A stretch of DNA of 64,000 nt from Eledone cirrhosa (GCA_964016885.1 OZ024745.1:38998001-39062000), one strand, 5' to 3'. Positions 43,231-58,006 are shown, counted from the first letter of the stretch. The notes: generated by a model not told the origin, from the letters alone. Made by a program: numbers and translations.

Positions 43231-44339
43231 ACTACATAATGATAGCTATTCTAGCTTTTATTTATTTGATATAATGTAAATTTGAGGTGTACCTTGTACA
43301 GCAGTGATAATTGAGATATTTTCGCTGGCGAATTATATAATGATGCACCCCATGTTGTTAATCCAAAGAAAACTTAATTTCTTAAATAAACACCGAAAGC
43401 AAAAACGTTTTGTATACGTCATTGCCTCTTCTCTGTATGAAATTGCATAGTTTAATGGTAAGATTTTAATCACTAATGTACATCTATAAATAGAATATTG
43501 TAATGTATGGTGTAAATTAATACATTTAAAGTATATACCGGCGCGATATATGTAAATATAACAAACAATAAACTGCAATGGTTGAAATAGACGAAATAAT
43601 ATATTTAAACAATTTATTTCTTACATGTTAATGAATATAAATGCGATAAATACTATAGCATGCTATTTCTTGCTAGAGTACAATTCGTCCCACGTCACTG
43701 TTTTGTATAATTGAGTGTTTTGTCTAAAACTGTACATGTTCGGCAAGTAATATAAAATCCGCTTCATTTTCTTGATTTCAAGCGTAGCTGCATTGGTACA
43801 CATTTAGAGGGTGGTATATATTCGATTACATCAACCCAAGTAGACCACATAGATATATTATCGATTGCATAATAGTGAACGATTAAGCTGAAATTGTCGG
43901 TAATCAAAAATATATATCTGAGCGTATACTGAGTTGAATGGAATAATATTTCTCGCAACAACGACTGTACGAATGTTTTAGATGTCACCCAAACATATAT
44001 CGGCTTCCATAAAAAATGTATACTGCACTACTGCACTACAGAATACAACTACGTAAGGATCTACCCATAGACTGTTCGATATAATGTTAAACATGATATA
44101 ATAAGCAATATTTTCTGCAATTAACATGACTCAATAAGAGGAATCCAATAACAAATTATTTTTTTCCTAGAATTGCTTTACTCTTAAATGCCTATACAAA
44201 CTGAAAGACATGATATACTAATGGGAGGGGTCAAACGACATGGAAAAATACCTGAAATCCAACCACAGCCAGCTATTGGAACATATTCTTCATTGACCAT
44301 ACATAAATGTGGAATGATACGCGATTACCCCCCCCCCCC

Positions 44340-44382
<43 letters not shown>

Positions 44383-45086
44383 CCCCGGCGGACAGGATCG
44401 AGAAGGCGTTTCCCCGGGGGATGGCAATACCATAAGTCGCTATTGTTTATAAATATAAATTGTGCGACGATAAACAATTTCTTGTCATCAAACAAAATTA
44501 TACAATATGGAAAACCCTGGAATTTGAATTCTCGGTGCGATAGTTGTGTAGAAAATATATATACGGTGTTATTGACGCGCAGTAATTTTTGCCATGGGAA
44601 ATGGTTGTCATTAAATACGTTATAAATTCTATCAGAAAAGATTTCACGCACAAGTGAACAATTATGTGCTTATATCTTAACATTTTAAAGAATAATCTAA
44701 CTTAAATACATATCAACGCATATTTTTAGTATATTAATAAAAAATAATATAAGAATTTGTTTGATGCAGTTATAGAGAAATACTATAGAATTCTCTAACA
44801 ACTGAAGTCGTAACAAAAAGCACTGCCTTTTGCACTAAGGATTGTTTTAATGGTTTCCTTGAATATGTATGGTTTTTTTTTAAACCCTGATGTTTATTGT
44901 TATCAGATTTCACAAAACTTGTTCAAAACTGGCATTATCACAGGAAATAAACAAGCAATAATTCATTGGGGAATTGAATCTCCTTCAATGTCCAAACATC
45001 AAACGAACAATAGTAAAAAAAAAAAATAATAATGACAATGATAATAATATGTAAAACAACATCAACAACACAAATAATAAAAATAT

Positions 45087-45111
<25 letters not shown>

Positions 45112-45117
<6 letters not shown>

Positions 45118-45302
45118 TGTTTCTAATTTTGGCACAAGGCCAGCAATTAGCCAGTGCATTACTGGTACTTTATTTTATCGAACCCGTAAGGATGAAAGGC
45201 AAAGTCAACCTCGGCGGGAGTTGAACTCAGATCGTTAAGGGAGGTAACTATGCTGGAAAGCATGGCGTCTGACCCTCTACCACTACTGCCAATCCACCGT
45301 CT
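45112..45302 (-). mobile_element. SINE family 1
   Basis: Head, B-box, core and (ATT)n tail. Confidence 0.85.
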
Positions 45303-45320
45303 TAATAATAATAATAATAA

Positions 45321-45470
45321 TGAAAATGGTTTGTTTATTGGCCACATGGTCTAACAGGAAGAAAAACATTACAGACGGCACAGAAACTCTACAGGACGAT
45401 ACAATACAAAGTGGGTTTTGGCCGTGTAAAAAAAAGATTATAACAAAAAACAGAAATATATAGAAATAAA
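45321..45470 (-). mobile_element. 3'-terminal fragment of a related Tx1-like LINE
   Basis: Similar to 45490-45630 (ACAGGACG..CGTGTAAAAAA..TAACAAAAAA); AATAAA followed by (ATT)n. Confidence 0.55.
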
Positions 45471-45489
45471 TTAATAATAATAATAATAA

Positions 45490-48400
45490 TGCATTCTTTA
45501 TTAACCACAATGGTTTACACAAAGTAAAACATTAAGGACAATACAGGACAATACAGGACAACACAGGACGGTATATATAGGTATTTCTGCGTGTAAAAAA
45601 TAAAAACAGAGGATGTAACAAAAAAGATACAATGAACAATTCTCCAATAGGGGGGAGACTTCCGAGGGACATTCGTGGAGAAAGCCCATTAAAAGGAGCC
45701 GCCACGGTGACCATGACCACCACAGCAAGTGATCTCTCCCAGTTTTCCACCTTCAATTTACAGGCGCATACTCAGATTAAGCCCATTCACTCGGGCCATT
45801 CTTGTCTCTCTCACCCATCTTTCAACAAAATGCAGGGAATAGAGTTCTTCCCTCTCGACCGTGATGTTCCTTTTCAAATGAAATTTGAAAAAGTTAATCA
45901 GTGCATCACTGAATAGGTAAGTGCTCGTCTTCAGCCCTTTCAAACGCGCCCACCAAACTATCTTTTTCGCCATGGCCACCAGACAGATAAAATATGTCTG
46001 CCCTTCCCGGCTAAAGGTAGAGGGCGGGGCAATCTTCACGATGGACTCAGCTGATAGCCGGATCCGTCCTACAAGCGAAAGCGGGTGTTCGACATAAACG
46101 CACAAGTCAGCAATGCTTGGAAACTGGATGAGTGCGTGCAGGACGGTTTCGTTGCCCTGCGCACATCTCAGACATGCCTGGCTGACGGCACTTCCATGCC
46201 TGTAGAGTTTATCCCGATCTGGCAAAGCTCCACGGTAGCACTGACAGGCCATGGATTTCTGCAAGTTGTCCATAGGCCGCGGGCGAATGTTCTCCCGAAC
46301 AGATTGGCTAGTTGATTTTCGTCGACATCCAGTCTCCCCAAGTACGAGTCGCTCTTGCCCTGCACTAATCCTCTATAGAACGCCGAGATGGAATTTCCAC
46401 CGATCGCATTACCAGACTGTTCGAACGCTGTGAGCGATTAAAAGATATTCCAGTCTCCAAGCGCTCCCTCTCGGTCTTCGCAGGAAGGACTGCAGCTCCG
46501 TCAAGGAGACGAGCTGGGGAAAAACGCATCTAGCAAACGGCGACTACAACTGATCACCGTCGAGGAAGAGGTGGATATGTCGATGCCCAACCCACCACAT
46601 AGCGGAGGTTGACAGCAGATGGACTGCCTGAACATCGGAGCGCGTCCCTTCCACAAAAACGAAAGAGCAATCGTACCAGCGCAATCAGGCGAGGCTTAGG
46701 ACAAGGCACGACGGTCAAGTGGTAGTAGATGACGGACGCGATGTACGCATTCGCCACCTCCGCTAGACCTTTCAGTGATAGCTTGTTCTCTGCCCATTTC
46801 TGGGTGAGAGAAGCCACCCTGCTCGTCACCTCGTCCCAGTTATTGTCCGTCTAGAGGTCTGGACCGAACACGCCTCTAGCAATGTAACCGGTCTGTCCGT
46901 CCAGCGTTCGACGACGCTGTTGGACTGCATGCACCTGCCTCTTTAGGTTACGAGCTACAGGCCCACCGACTTTTCTCGATTGATCATTGCTTCTGTCACC
47001 GCTTTGTATCCCTTGAGAGCGGTGCCGAGCATCTGGACGTGATGGTGCTCGACACCACTACGGTGACGTCGTCGGCGTAAGCTGACACGGATCTCGCGCA
47101 TCCCAGTTTGTGCAGTAACAACTCTAGGGCCAGTACGTACAAGAGGAAAGAGAGGGTGCAACCCTGTAGGACCGAGCGCATGATGCTGAAAGGCTGCGAC
47201 AGGTGACCATTCCCCCTCACAATCTAGCAGATGTCGCTGTGCATTGCAGCGATCAGCCCCTAAAAATGGGCCCGAAACCGGCTGCCTCGAAGACCGCAGC
47301 CAGATACAGATGGTCGACCCTATCAAATGATTTAGATTGATCCAAGTTGATCAGGACCCTACTCGTGCCAGGTTCCTTAACCGCCCTACTATGATGTTTC
47401 TCATGAGATGGAGGTTGTCGTGGATGGACCTGTTCGGAATGGCGCATATCTGCGCTTCTCCCACAAGATCACCAACGACAAGCGCCAATCTCTTTGCTAA
47501 AACTTTAAACTCTGCGTTTAGCAGAGTTATGAATCTGAAGTTGCCTATAACGTCCCCCTTGTACGGGTCTTTTCTCAGCTGCGCCGCAGCTCCCCGCTCG
47601 CAAAACTGGGAATGATCCCGTTCTGCTGCCAGTTGCAGTAGACATCTGCCAAGACGTCTCAGAAAAAGTATGGCATATACGCATAATGCTCATAGGGCAG
47701 ACTATCCAAACCTGGCGATTTAACCCTCTAGCAATCAGACATCGCTTCCCGTATTTCACCTGCTGTTATCGGCTTTTCACAGAACTGCCCTGCGCCACTC
47801 CTTCGAGGTATACACCGAAGTCCATACTCCGATCCTGCCCGCCGCCGCTCCCGAACAATTGAGCAAGGTGCTGTTGGAAAGCCGCATACATCTGCTCGGG
47901 TTCGAGCAACATGCCCCCGTTTTGATCAGGAAAAGACCGAATTGTGGACACTTGTTGACACGTCGCGGCTCCACCACCCGAGCCCAGTGAACGGCTATCA
48001 TCCCCTCGTGTATTAGAGCACGCGCTCTAGCTCTGACAACGCAGCCTTCATGATTTGCGTTGACGAAATGGTCGAGTACCAATCTCGCCGCAAGCACGTC
48101 GGTTGCGATGTCTGTCCTAAACGCCTCTTCTAGCTTTCTAATTAACTCTCCCACTACTCTATTTTCTCCCTGCCGCTAAGGTCCAGCACCATCTACTTAC
48201 ATTCTGGGTCCAGGAAGATGGCTCGTATGGCGAGATCCAAGCGTCTCCGAAAAAGCACGGTAACCCTTCGCCCGATCCTGGACGGCTGGGAGATGCGTAT
48301 ACATCGTAGCCGACGAAGATCGGCGAGAAGGCTCGTGCTTCGGAGATTGTGGTCTCGCCGAAGGCCACCACATCTATGCTTAGTGACCTGAGGTCGTTGA

Positions 48401-50400
48401 GAAGGTGACTCTGCCTCCAAGATGACCCCAGGCCATGTTCGTTTAAACTGCCTATTCTATGTACCGTCATGTTAGATGAGAAACGGGGTAAGTGACAAAG
48501 GATCACTTACCTTGATCGTGTGGTGAAAGGACAGTAGAACCGCCCCTTTGGCTGGTCATGGGTGTTTGTAAGAGGATGTCGATGTATATCCTCTTGGAAA
48601 CTGACCCTTTGTAATGTTTTATTTTGATCTCAATGATGTTTATGTTTGTCGGGGGAGTTCTTGGTCTTGGTGGGGTGTAGTAGTTTTTTTTACTGTGATG
48701 TCTGTGTGGCTTTATATGTTGTAAGAGATATTTTTTTGCCATGTTTATGGCTGTGTTCTTTCTTTTGTTGGGGGGGGGGTTGCTGTTGGGTTTGCGTGTT
48801 TTGTTGTGTTTGCGATGTTGGTGTATTTCGTGATGCTGGTGGTGGTGTGGTTGTTGTTGGTGGTGATGCTTGAGGTGGTGATGGTGATGTTGGTGGTGCT
48901 GCTGCAAGTCTCCTCACAGCCCTTTCCCTTCCTCGTTTGCCTTAGCTTTTGGAGGGTGAAGCTAAGCGGTTTTCCTTTTTTGTTTTTTGTGGCAGACAGT
49001 TTGCCACTTCCCTCCCGCCTCATATTCCATATCGGATTCCGTGGCGTCTGGGAGGGGTATGAGCTCCACTGCTGTTGGTGGTGGTAGTGGAGCCCGGTCC
49101 GGCGATTTTGCCGCCGGTGTAGCTACTGCGACTGTTGGAGTTGCCTCAAATGCTGCTGCTCTTTTGTTGTCCGTGGCCTTGGTGTGCGTGCCACGCACCT
49201 TGCCCCCCTATTTACCAGGGAAGTGTCTTCCTCTTCTGTATCCTGCCCTGCTCTTGATAGCATCGGATCCGGTGTTGGAAGCAGGGGAGCCCTCTTCTTG
49301 GATGTCTTCTGCGGGCAGAAGGCCCTGAGGTGACACTTCTGCCCACAGAGATAGCACTTTAGGCGCCTTCCCCCACGCTTATAAGAAGCTGGAGTCATTC
49401 TTCAAAGTCTATGATATCTGGGATGGCCTCGATGCACTCCTGGTCACAATCTGTATTATTATTTGCATGCCCATTCCTGACCAGTTTTCTCTTCCCATTC
49501 TCTGCATTTACAGTATGGTTGTTTTCTCCTCGATTCCAGCCAGTACAGAAGCGGCCAGTCAAGGTTTGAGCACGTGGGGAGGGGCCTGGATTACTTTGAC
49601 CATCACAATTTTCTGCCCGCAGTAGGAGGGCACCAAGGCTATCTCCTCACTCTTTAGGGTTTCCAAAGAGTGAGACTTCGCCTCTTGGGGAGGTGGCGAA
49701 AGGTACGTCTACTGTGGCGTCCTTTTTGCCTCAGGCGATGTGGGTTTTGCGCGCCCAGACACACCCCTTTTGGATTTGAGCCTCCGTGGCTCTCTCCACC
49801 CGATGTGACATCTTACTTACGATGCGGTAATTCACCGTACGCAGCTGCTGGTCTGTGAATAAATCGGGTGGAGGTTTCAGGGAAACTCTATTTTCATTCC
49901 TTGTCACCATGCTTCTTGCGACTGCCATCTCCTCCTCCGTGACTAGAACTGTCACTACATTCCGGGCAACACCTGCGAAAATTGGCCCTTTATCAGCGGC
50001 ACCATTATTGCTGCCGCTACTGCTGCTAGTTGTCTTTTTGTTGGTGCTGTTGCTGTTGCTATTGCTACAAACGGTGTTGTTGATGTTGTTGCTGTTATCA
50101 CTGTTGTAGTTGGTTGTGTTTTTGGTGCCACCATTGTTGTTTTTTCGGTGCAATTTGTATTGTTGCTGTTGGAGTTATCATTGTTTATTTTCTTGTTAGT
50201 GGTGTTAATATCACTGTTGCATTTGTCTTTTTTTCTGTTGTCTGTATTTTTGTTATCGCAGTTATTGTAGGTCGTGTAGTAAATTTTTTTTAATTAGTGT
50301 TCTCATTGTTGTTGTCTTTGTTCACGTTGTTTGTGGTGATGTCGATAAATGATACAATGTCGATAAATGATACAATGTCAAATCTATAACTTAACTTAGT
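45490..50400 (-). mobile_element. Decayed near full-length L1/Tx1-clade LINE; 5' boundary approximate
   Basis: ORF1 CCHC KCYLCGQKCHLRAFCP; APE IGSLNEHGL..DVVAFGET; RT LDQSKSFDRVDH, QGCTLS, AYADDVT; C-terminal CLRC..ETVLHAL; many frameshifts; AATAAA and (ATT)n at the 3' end. Confidence 0.9.
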
Positions 50401-50722
50401 TATCTGTTAGAAATTGCTGGTTGTGAAATGTACAAATGATATTGTTAGTCTCAAGGAAGCGTACCTTTTGTTTCAAGTAAAAAGAGTGAATTAAAATCCG
50501 AATGAGCCGAATTACGAAAGATAACTATAGTCTTATTAAAGATAACTCTTGTCTTACTTAATATCCAAGATTCACACAAATAACCGACATTTTTTAATGT
50601 ATCCAAAGGCCCCAATATTTTTGAAAGACTTTATAGATTTTGTGAAAGGAGAAGCTATGTAAAAAATTTCAAAGAAATCGCATGAATGGTTTAGAATATA
50701 TGAGCCCTCATTAAAACTTCGT

Positions 50723-50808
<86 letters not shown>

Positions 50809-50835
50809 GTATACATATATATATATATGTGCAGT

Positions 50836-50978
50836 AAAGAGTTACGGCCCTTTATGGTCTGAATTCCAGTCCCGCCGAGGTTACGTTTGCCTTTCATCCT
50901 TACGTGGTCGATAAAATAAAGCACCAGTAATACACTGGGATAATTGTTGGTCTTGTGACAAAAGAAGAAACAATTATT
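50836..50978 (+). mobile_element. Partial SINE family 1
   Basis: Core GCCTTTCATCCT..GTCGATAAAATAAAGCACCAG. Confidence 0.8.
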
Positions 50979-51193
50979 GAACAAATAAAACTGACAATAC
51001 TTTAAAAAAAAGTGTTATAATGTAAATAAATTATAGGAAGAATTAGCGATTTCAAATGTATTATTATAATCCATCTTATCAAATGTTGAGTATTGAAATA
51101 AAAATTAAAAAGAATTAATATGAGTTAAAAAGTAAAGATTTAAAATAAAAATCAAATGATTGAGTAAATATTCTTCCATCCTTCTTGCTAAAA

Positions 51194-51264
<71 letters not shown>

Positions 51265-51269
<5 letters not shown>

Positions 51270-51412
51270 AAGTGATGATTTTTTACAAAATGAGAAAAAA
51301 CGAGGTACCCTACACGAGTGAGAATATAAGGAAAAAAGATGAAATCGAAAATACAACTGGAGTCTTTTTAAAAAAAAAGACTCCAGTTGTATTTTCGATT
51401 TCATCTGTTTTT

Positions 51413-51417
<5 letters not shown>
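51265..51417. mobile_element. Palindromic element, family H
   Basis: Arms ~51325-51370 and ~51371-51417 abutting; left tail matches 8929-8990. Confidence 0.75.
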
Positions 51418-51486
<69 letters not shown>

Positions 51487-51995
51487 GGGTTGGGCAGAAA
51501 GAGATAGAGAAATAGATTAATAGAATTGTAGTATTCTAGCGCCCATTAAGCTAGTTAGCATTTGTTCGATTTCTTTCACTCAAATAGCTACTCAAAAGCC
51601 AATTAGATCATTACCTCCTTTAGAGCTATAAGCTCTGTCCTTATTTTCTTTATATACTTTTCTGGGTAAACGTTTTCTGTCCCTTTTAATCGGCATACGT
51701 TAAATAAGTTGGTCCCCTGGACTAACGGAACGTACGTATCTTGTATGGCTTCATTGTATTAACTGACTTTAATAATTGAATATATATATATATGCACACA
51801 CACACACACACACACACACACCCGTACACCCACACACATACACACACACACATATATGTATATATAAATGCACACACAAAAACACATATACATATATTCA
51901 TTTCATCAAGTCTAAGTAAAGAGATTTGTTACTTTGGCGTTTCGTCTGCTTATCACAGGGTCAATATTCTTTCTTTCTCTTTCCCTCTACGTATG

Positions 51996-52060
<65 letters not shown>

Positions 52061-52192
52061 TTTATATATATATATATATATATATTTATAAATATATTTA
52101 TATATATATATATATAATTATATATATGTATATATGCATATATATATTTATTTATTTATTTGTTTATTTATTTATTTATTTAGAGAGGGAGA

Positions 52193-52266
<74 letters not shown>

Positions 52267-52271
52267 GAGGG

Positions 52272-52361
<90 letters not shown>

Positions 52362-53150
52362 CGTGTGTGTGTACATATCTATTAAAGTGTGAATTAAATA
52401 TTACAGTTTCGAAAATCACGTCAACGAATAATCTATGAAAACAATTACAAAGTTTATTCATTATATTTAAGTAATTAAGGGATGTAAGCAACTCAGTTAT
52501 GCATGAAGTGAAATATATTATAGTTTAATACATATGGTGTATATTTAGATAAAACTATGTACGTTTAGGTGTGTAAAAGTTTAAAATAAAATAAAACATT
52601 GCAAACATCTGTAAGCAAGTGAAGTGAATGAATTTTATTTTTTTTTTTCGTGTGCGATGGAAATAGCTTCCATGATTATTAGGAAGCAAGTAAACTGGCA
52701 AATACTAAGGGACATAGAATAAGCCTCTAATAGGTATCAATTGTTTATGGTTCAGAAATAAATCATAAATATATATACTAACGTTCCCGTCGATATTTAA
52801 GTGTGAAGAACATTCAAATTTAAAGACAATACGTATAAATGTTTTGTAAAGGTGAATATATTAGATAAGCATTATGTAACTAGATTCAGAGAAATAGGAA
52901 TGAATTATTAATGAATAGACAAAATACTATTTATATGGGTAATACAAATATAATTGAAGTAAATATTTGTTAGATAAACCAAACGGAGTTATTTTCTTCG
53001 TTGTTTACTTTCGATTTTTATAGATAAATAACCTTTTCAGTGTTAAAGAATGACCACCCACGCAGACAGGCCCATACATTGCTTGTCTTGCATATGCGTG
53101 GGCCCACATCCACTAATGCACACACGTACACTTTCAGACATGAATAATTA

Positions 53151-53203
<53 letters not shown>

Positions 53204-53205
<2 letters not shown>

Positions 53206-55064
53206 GTGGGAAAGTGAAAAATCGAAGAATAGACCGTTAAAACATGTTTATTTAAAATATCACCTACGTACGTTTCATAAAACTAACGTTATAGTAAGCC
53301 ATACCTATAACCGATCACGCGGCGACCTCGTTAAAGTCGGATATAATAGAATAGATAACCGCACCTAAGATCACGTCCCCGGCGACGGTGAATACTGTAG
53401 ATTACTCAAACTATTCCCCTATTACAAAACCAACAAAGGCGACGGCCTACTACCAACGCCTTCCAACCAACATCTTCGTGTACATAAACATGAAAGTGGT
53501 AGAAAGAGTGCACCCGAGCATAAAGTGAAAGGGGCACCGAACGGGCGACAGCGCATTAACACACATAAGAGCGATCACTTAGATGGAACCACCCGTAGCA
53601 AAAGTACAAGGACACGTAATCGCCACCGTAACGTCCTATGGTTCCACCCCCACCCCCCTAGTCTCGAAGTGCGGCTTCCAACATACCCCGGATATTCTTC
53701 GAAGCCTTAGAGAAGAACTTCCCACCCAACCATAGGTATAGGAAAATTCTTAATAGGAACTATATAAAAATATCCTTCTCTACTACTCCTAACCTAGCAG
53801 ACATCATAGGAACAACGAACCACAGTAAGATCACCAAAACACAGCACCTCGACGCAGACGCACCTACACCTGACAATAACTGTATCGGCCTTAACAACTC
53901 CCTGACAGCATCCAATAGTGTTGGCAACGGCATCCGCAGACGCAACCAGAATGACCGCGAGGTGACTGGGGAGCGTGCAAAACATGGCGTGCGGAATAAC
54001 AATCGCACCATCCCGCGTGCTGTGGGTTGTAATTGTGCTAACGACAGCTGCGGTAGCGCAGCTAGCAACGTAGGCAGCAACAATGATAGCCTTATCGTGG
54101 GAAATAGACGGAACAGCGACAGAAAGTGCAACTGCCGCGACAGAGGACGGTGCCCCCTTAGAGGATATTGCTTGACCGATAGGGTTATATATAGATGCAC
54201 TATTACTAGCCTCAATAGCGTTAAACATTATATAGGGGCCACCTCCGGCCCGTTCAAAATTAGGTTTCGAACACATCTCCACTCTTTCACAAATAGAAAA
54301 CTAAGGCACTCCACCTCGCTCGCGGACTACATCACATCACTAAAGGACTTAAACATTAGCTTCTCCACGCACTGGGAGATTGTCGACAGGGCTGCACCGT
54401 ACAACTTCAAGAGGAAATGCGATCTTTGCCTCATGGAGCTCTACCACATCATAACTGCACCCCACGAGCTCATCAACAGCAGAGCTGAAACAGCGATGAG
54501 TTGGACACATCGCTTAAAAATATCCTTCTTTAGATGGGTTAAGAATGAAGAGTGAAATAGCACACTGGATCTCCCTGCAACAAGTCTTCACACCCCGGCG
54601 GGCAGGCGCAGCAAAATAACACCCAGAAAACAATCCCTGCATACCAAAAATTATCCAGGAAAGACTGCCCTAACACCGGCCAAAGTTACCTCCCTTGACC
54701 TGCTGCAAAATCAAAACAAGATATTTTTGTGAGCAATGAATCTTGATGTGGATTTAACCCCCAAAACTCTTTCCGAACTATATAAGGAACACTTGTGATT
54801 GTTTATGCCCTTGAGAAGCCCAACTGGGCGAAACGTACGTAGGTGATATTTTAAATAAACATGTTTTAACGGTCTATTCTCCAATCTTTCACTTTCCCAC
54901 GTGCTTGCGCTCTGCTAACTCTCTAGCCCACTAAATATTAACACTTCGAATATTTAATACTGCCGACACTAGTATCGAGCACCTTTGGCATACGCTACTT
55001 GGCAAATAACTATATGTATCACCTATCCCTCCTTTTTTTCTCTCTTTCTCTATACGTAAATACT
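53204..55064 (+). mobile_element. 5'-truncated Naiad-type PLE (family E) with short inverted 5' arm and tail on the 3' side
   Basis: 53204-53276 is the reverse complement of 54830-54902; coding NRHRNVLWF, CNCRDRGRCPLRGYC, VIY..YIGAT..FKIRFRTH, CDLCLME; stop at 54555. Confidence 0.9.
54803..54848 (+). ncRNA. Hammerhead-like motif with non-canonical core
   Basis: CUUGAGAA-GCCC-AACU-GGGC-GAAA-CGUACG-UA. Confidence 0.55.
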
Positions 55065-55080
55065 ATATATATATATATAT

Positions 55081-55533
55081 AAATTTTGAGTATATGTTGG
55101 TTGTATACCAATACCTCAGTATGCAGATTGGAGCACTCGACGAAGTGTGCAGGTTGGTTTGGTTACTCCTGAGTAATGTAAAATAAAATAACATGAATAG
55201 GTGAAATGTTTAAAATTTGGCTTCGTTTATTACTGCTATATATGTTTCGGTGACAGCCATCTTTGGTTGTGACCTCTTCAGGCAGTCCGAATTAGTGTTG
55301 TAGAGACGAGTACACGAATCATATGATTCCAGTTGCTCAGTGAAATAACGATCCAACCAGGAACTGGGCATTTCAGAGTATTGACAAACTTAAACACCTC
55401 AACAACATGTGTACTCGTCTCTACCACACTAATTCGGACTGCCTGAAGAGGTCACAGCCCAAGATGGCTGTCACCGAAATTTATATAGCAGTAATAAACG
55501 AAGCCAAATTTTAAACATTTGACTTATTTATTT

Positions 55534-55540
<7 letters not shown>
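55081..55540. mobile_element. Palindromic PLE derivative, family F
   Basis: Arms ~55179-55315 and ~55409-55540, left-only tail, (TA)n flanks. Confidence 0.85.
55438..55492 (+). ncRNA. Minimal hammerhead ribozyme (antisense copy at 55232-55286)
   Basis: ACUGC-CUGAAGA-GGUcACAGCC/GGCUGUcACC-GAAA-UUUAUA-UA-GCAGU. Confidence 0.8.
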
Positions 55541-55578
<38 letters not shown>

Positions 55579-55675
55579 CAAGATGTATAGTAGGTCGTAT
55601 GTGAATCGCGATGATCACGCCTGACCTACCAAATATGCAACGGTAGCTAGTTAAGCTCTATAATATATATATATA

Positions 55676-56035
<360 letters not shown>

Positions 56036-56050
56036 CATATATGTATATAC

Positions 56051-56181
<131 letters not shown>

Positions 56182-56771
56182 TATATATACACACACATAC
56201 TCATACACACATATATATATATACACATATATATAAACGGCGAGAGAGAGAGAGATGGGCAAAGGGAGTGAGAATAGTGAAATACGTAGATTAAAAGGTT
56301 ACCAGACCTACTGACAATAGAACATGCAGGAAGATAAATATTCAGATAGGTAGATCGGGAGCTAGATATATTTTGATTTAGAAGATAAATTTCATGGACA
56401 CTCGACGAATGTGTAAAGACGAGGATAAGAATGAATGGAGGCTCTTAAAGACAATGTGGGCGTGTCATGAAATATTAGATAGGTTGGTGGAGAGATCTCA
56501 TATGTAACTTGAATAGAAGCAAATCAATATTAAAAAAACATATTAAAATAATCATTGTACTTCTGAATTGTTGCAGATATGATATTGCTTTTGTTCACTC
56601 TATCCATTGTTATATATATGTTGACGATAAAAACACATACACGCATACACACATATACACGCATACACACACGTACACAATTGCACTTACATACTCAACA
56701 CGCACGCAAGGCATGTTTTTATATATATGTGTGAGCAAGTTTACAATATATATATATATATATATATATAT

Positions 56772-56979
56772 AGGAATGAGTAGGACCCCGACGGCTGAGC
56801 TCAAGCCGTTTCGACGGCTAATTCTGGACTAAATACATTTAGTCCAGAATTAGCCGTCGTAACGGCTTGAGCTCAGCTGTCGGGGTCCTACTCGTTCCTA
56901 TTACCCATTCTACTACCCTAAGTATTGAGTACTTTGGTGCGTTATGGTCCACCTGGTTCCTTACCACATTTCCTTCGTT
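56772..56979. mobile_element. Palindromic family D PLE derivative, tail on right
   Basis: Near-perfect hairpin centred at ~56836, plus right-only tail. Confidence 0.88.
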
Positions 56980-57004
56980 ATATATATATATATATATATA
57001 TATT

Positions 57005-57237
57005 AACGAGGCTTATGGCTGCGGCCAATCTAACACATGCAAATTCGGAATGCAGCTTAGCACTCGATGGCGAATATTACCCCAGAGTTATAACAATACA
57101 TTTAGACAGCTTTACAAATCGAATATAGCGACTGATAGTCTGGCCGAATTGCCTTAGCAACGATAAAAATGTTTATATATATAAGCAAAGCGGCCGGACT
57201 GTCGTCGCTATATTTGATTTGCAATGCTGTCTAAACG

Positions 57238-57240
<3 letters not shown>
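57005..57240. mobile_element. Palindromic PLE derivative, family I
   Basis: Arms ~57096-57152 and ~57185-57240, left tail with the conserved bulged stem. Confidence 0.75.
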
Positions 57241-57268
<28 letters not shown>

Positions 57269-57493
57269 TAATCAAATTATGATGGGATTATTAAAGAAAC
57301 AGTGGATCTTTGGAATTGCTTTCCCCATCTCATATATACACGCACCTACACACTCATGCAGCTGCACCCAAACACGCATATGTATATGCGCGTGTGCGTG
57401 CTGGTGCAAGTGTGTGTATGTGCGTGTATGTAGGAAGATGAAGGAATGCAATTCTAAAGGATTCCATATATGTATATATATATATATATAAAT

Positions 57494-57539
<46 letters not shown>

Positions 57540-57540
57540 A

Positions 57541-57639
<99 letters not shown>

Positions 57640-57712
57640 ATATATATTTAATATATATATATATATTTATATATATATATATTTATATATATATATATAT
57701 TTATATATATAT

Positions 57713-57812
57713 GTAGATAAATCTACCAAGAGTTTACGTTAAATAATGAACTTTTTTTGTTTAATATAAGGAACTGTTTCATTGTTTTATTCATTATTTG
57801 TTTAATATTTTA
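57713..57812. mobile_element. 100-bp mini family B PLE
   Basis: Tail tip (matches 26572-26597) fused to sequence matching 34815-34891. Confidence 0.88.
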
Positions 57813-57826
57813 TATATATATATATT

Positions 57827-57857
<31 letters not shown>

Positions 57858-57878
57858 ATTTATATATATATATATTTT

Positions 57879-57911
<33 letters not shown>

Positions 57912-57914
57912 ATT

Positions 57915-57949
<35 letters not shown>

Positions 57950-58006
57950 ATTTATATATATATATATTTATATATATATATATTTATATATATTTATATA
58001 TATATA

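Noticed and set aside
50460-50730. Helitron/HINE-like terminus next to (TA)n
   Set aside because: Resemblance only; no second terminus or diagnostic hairpin confirmed
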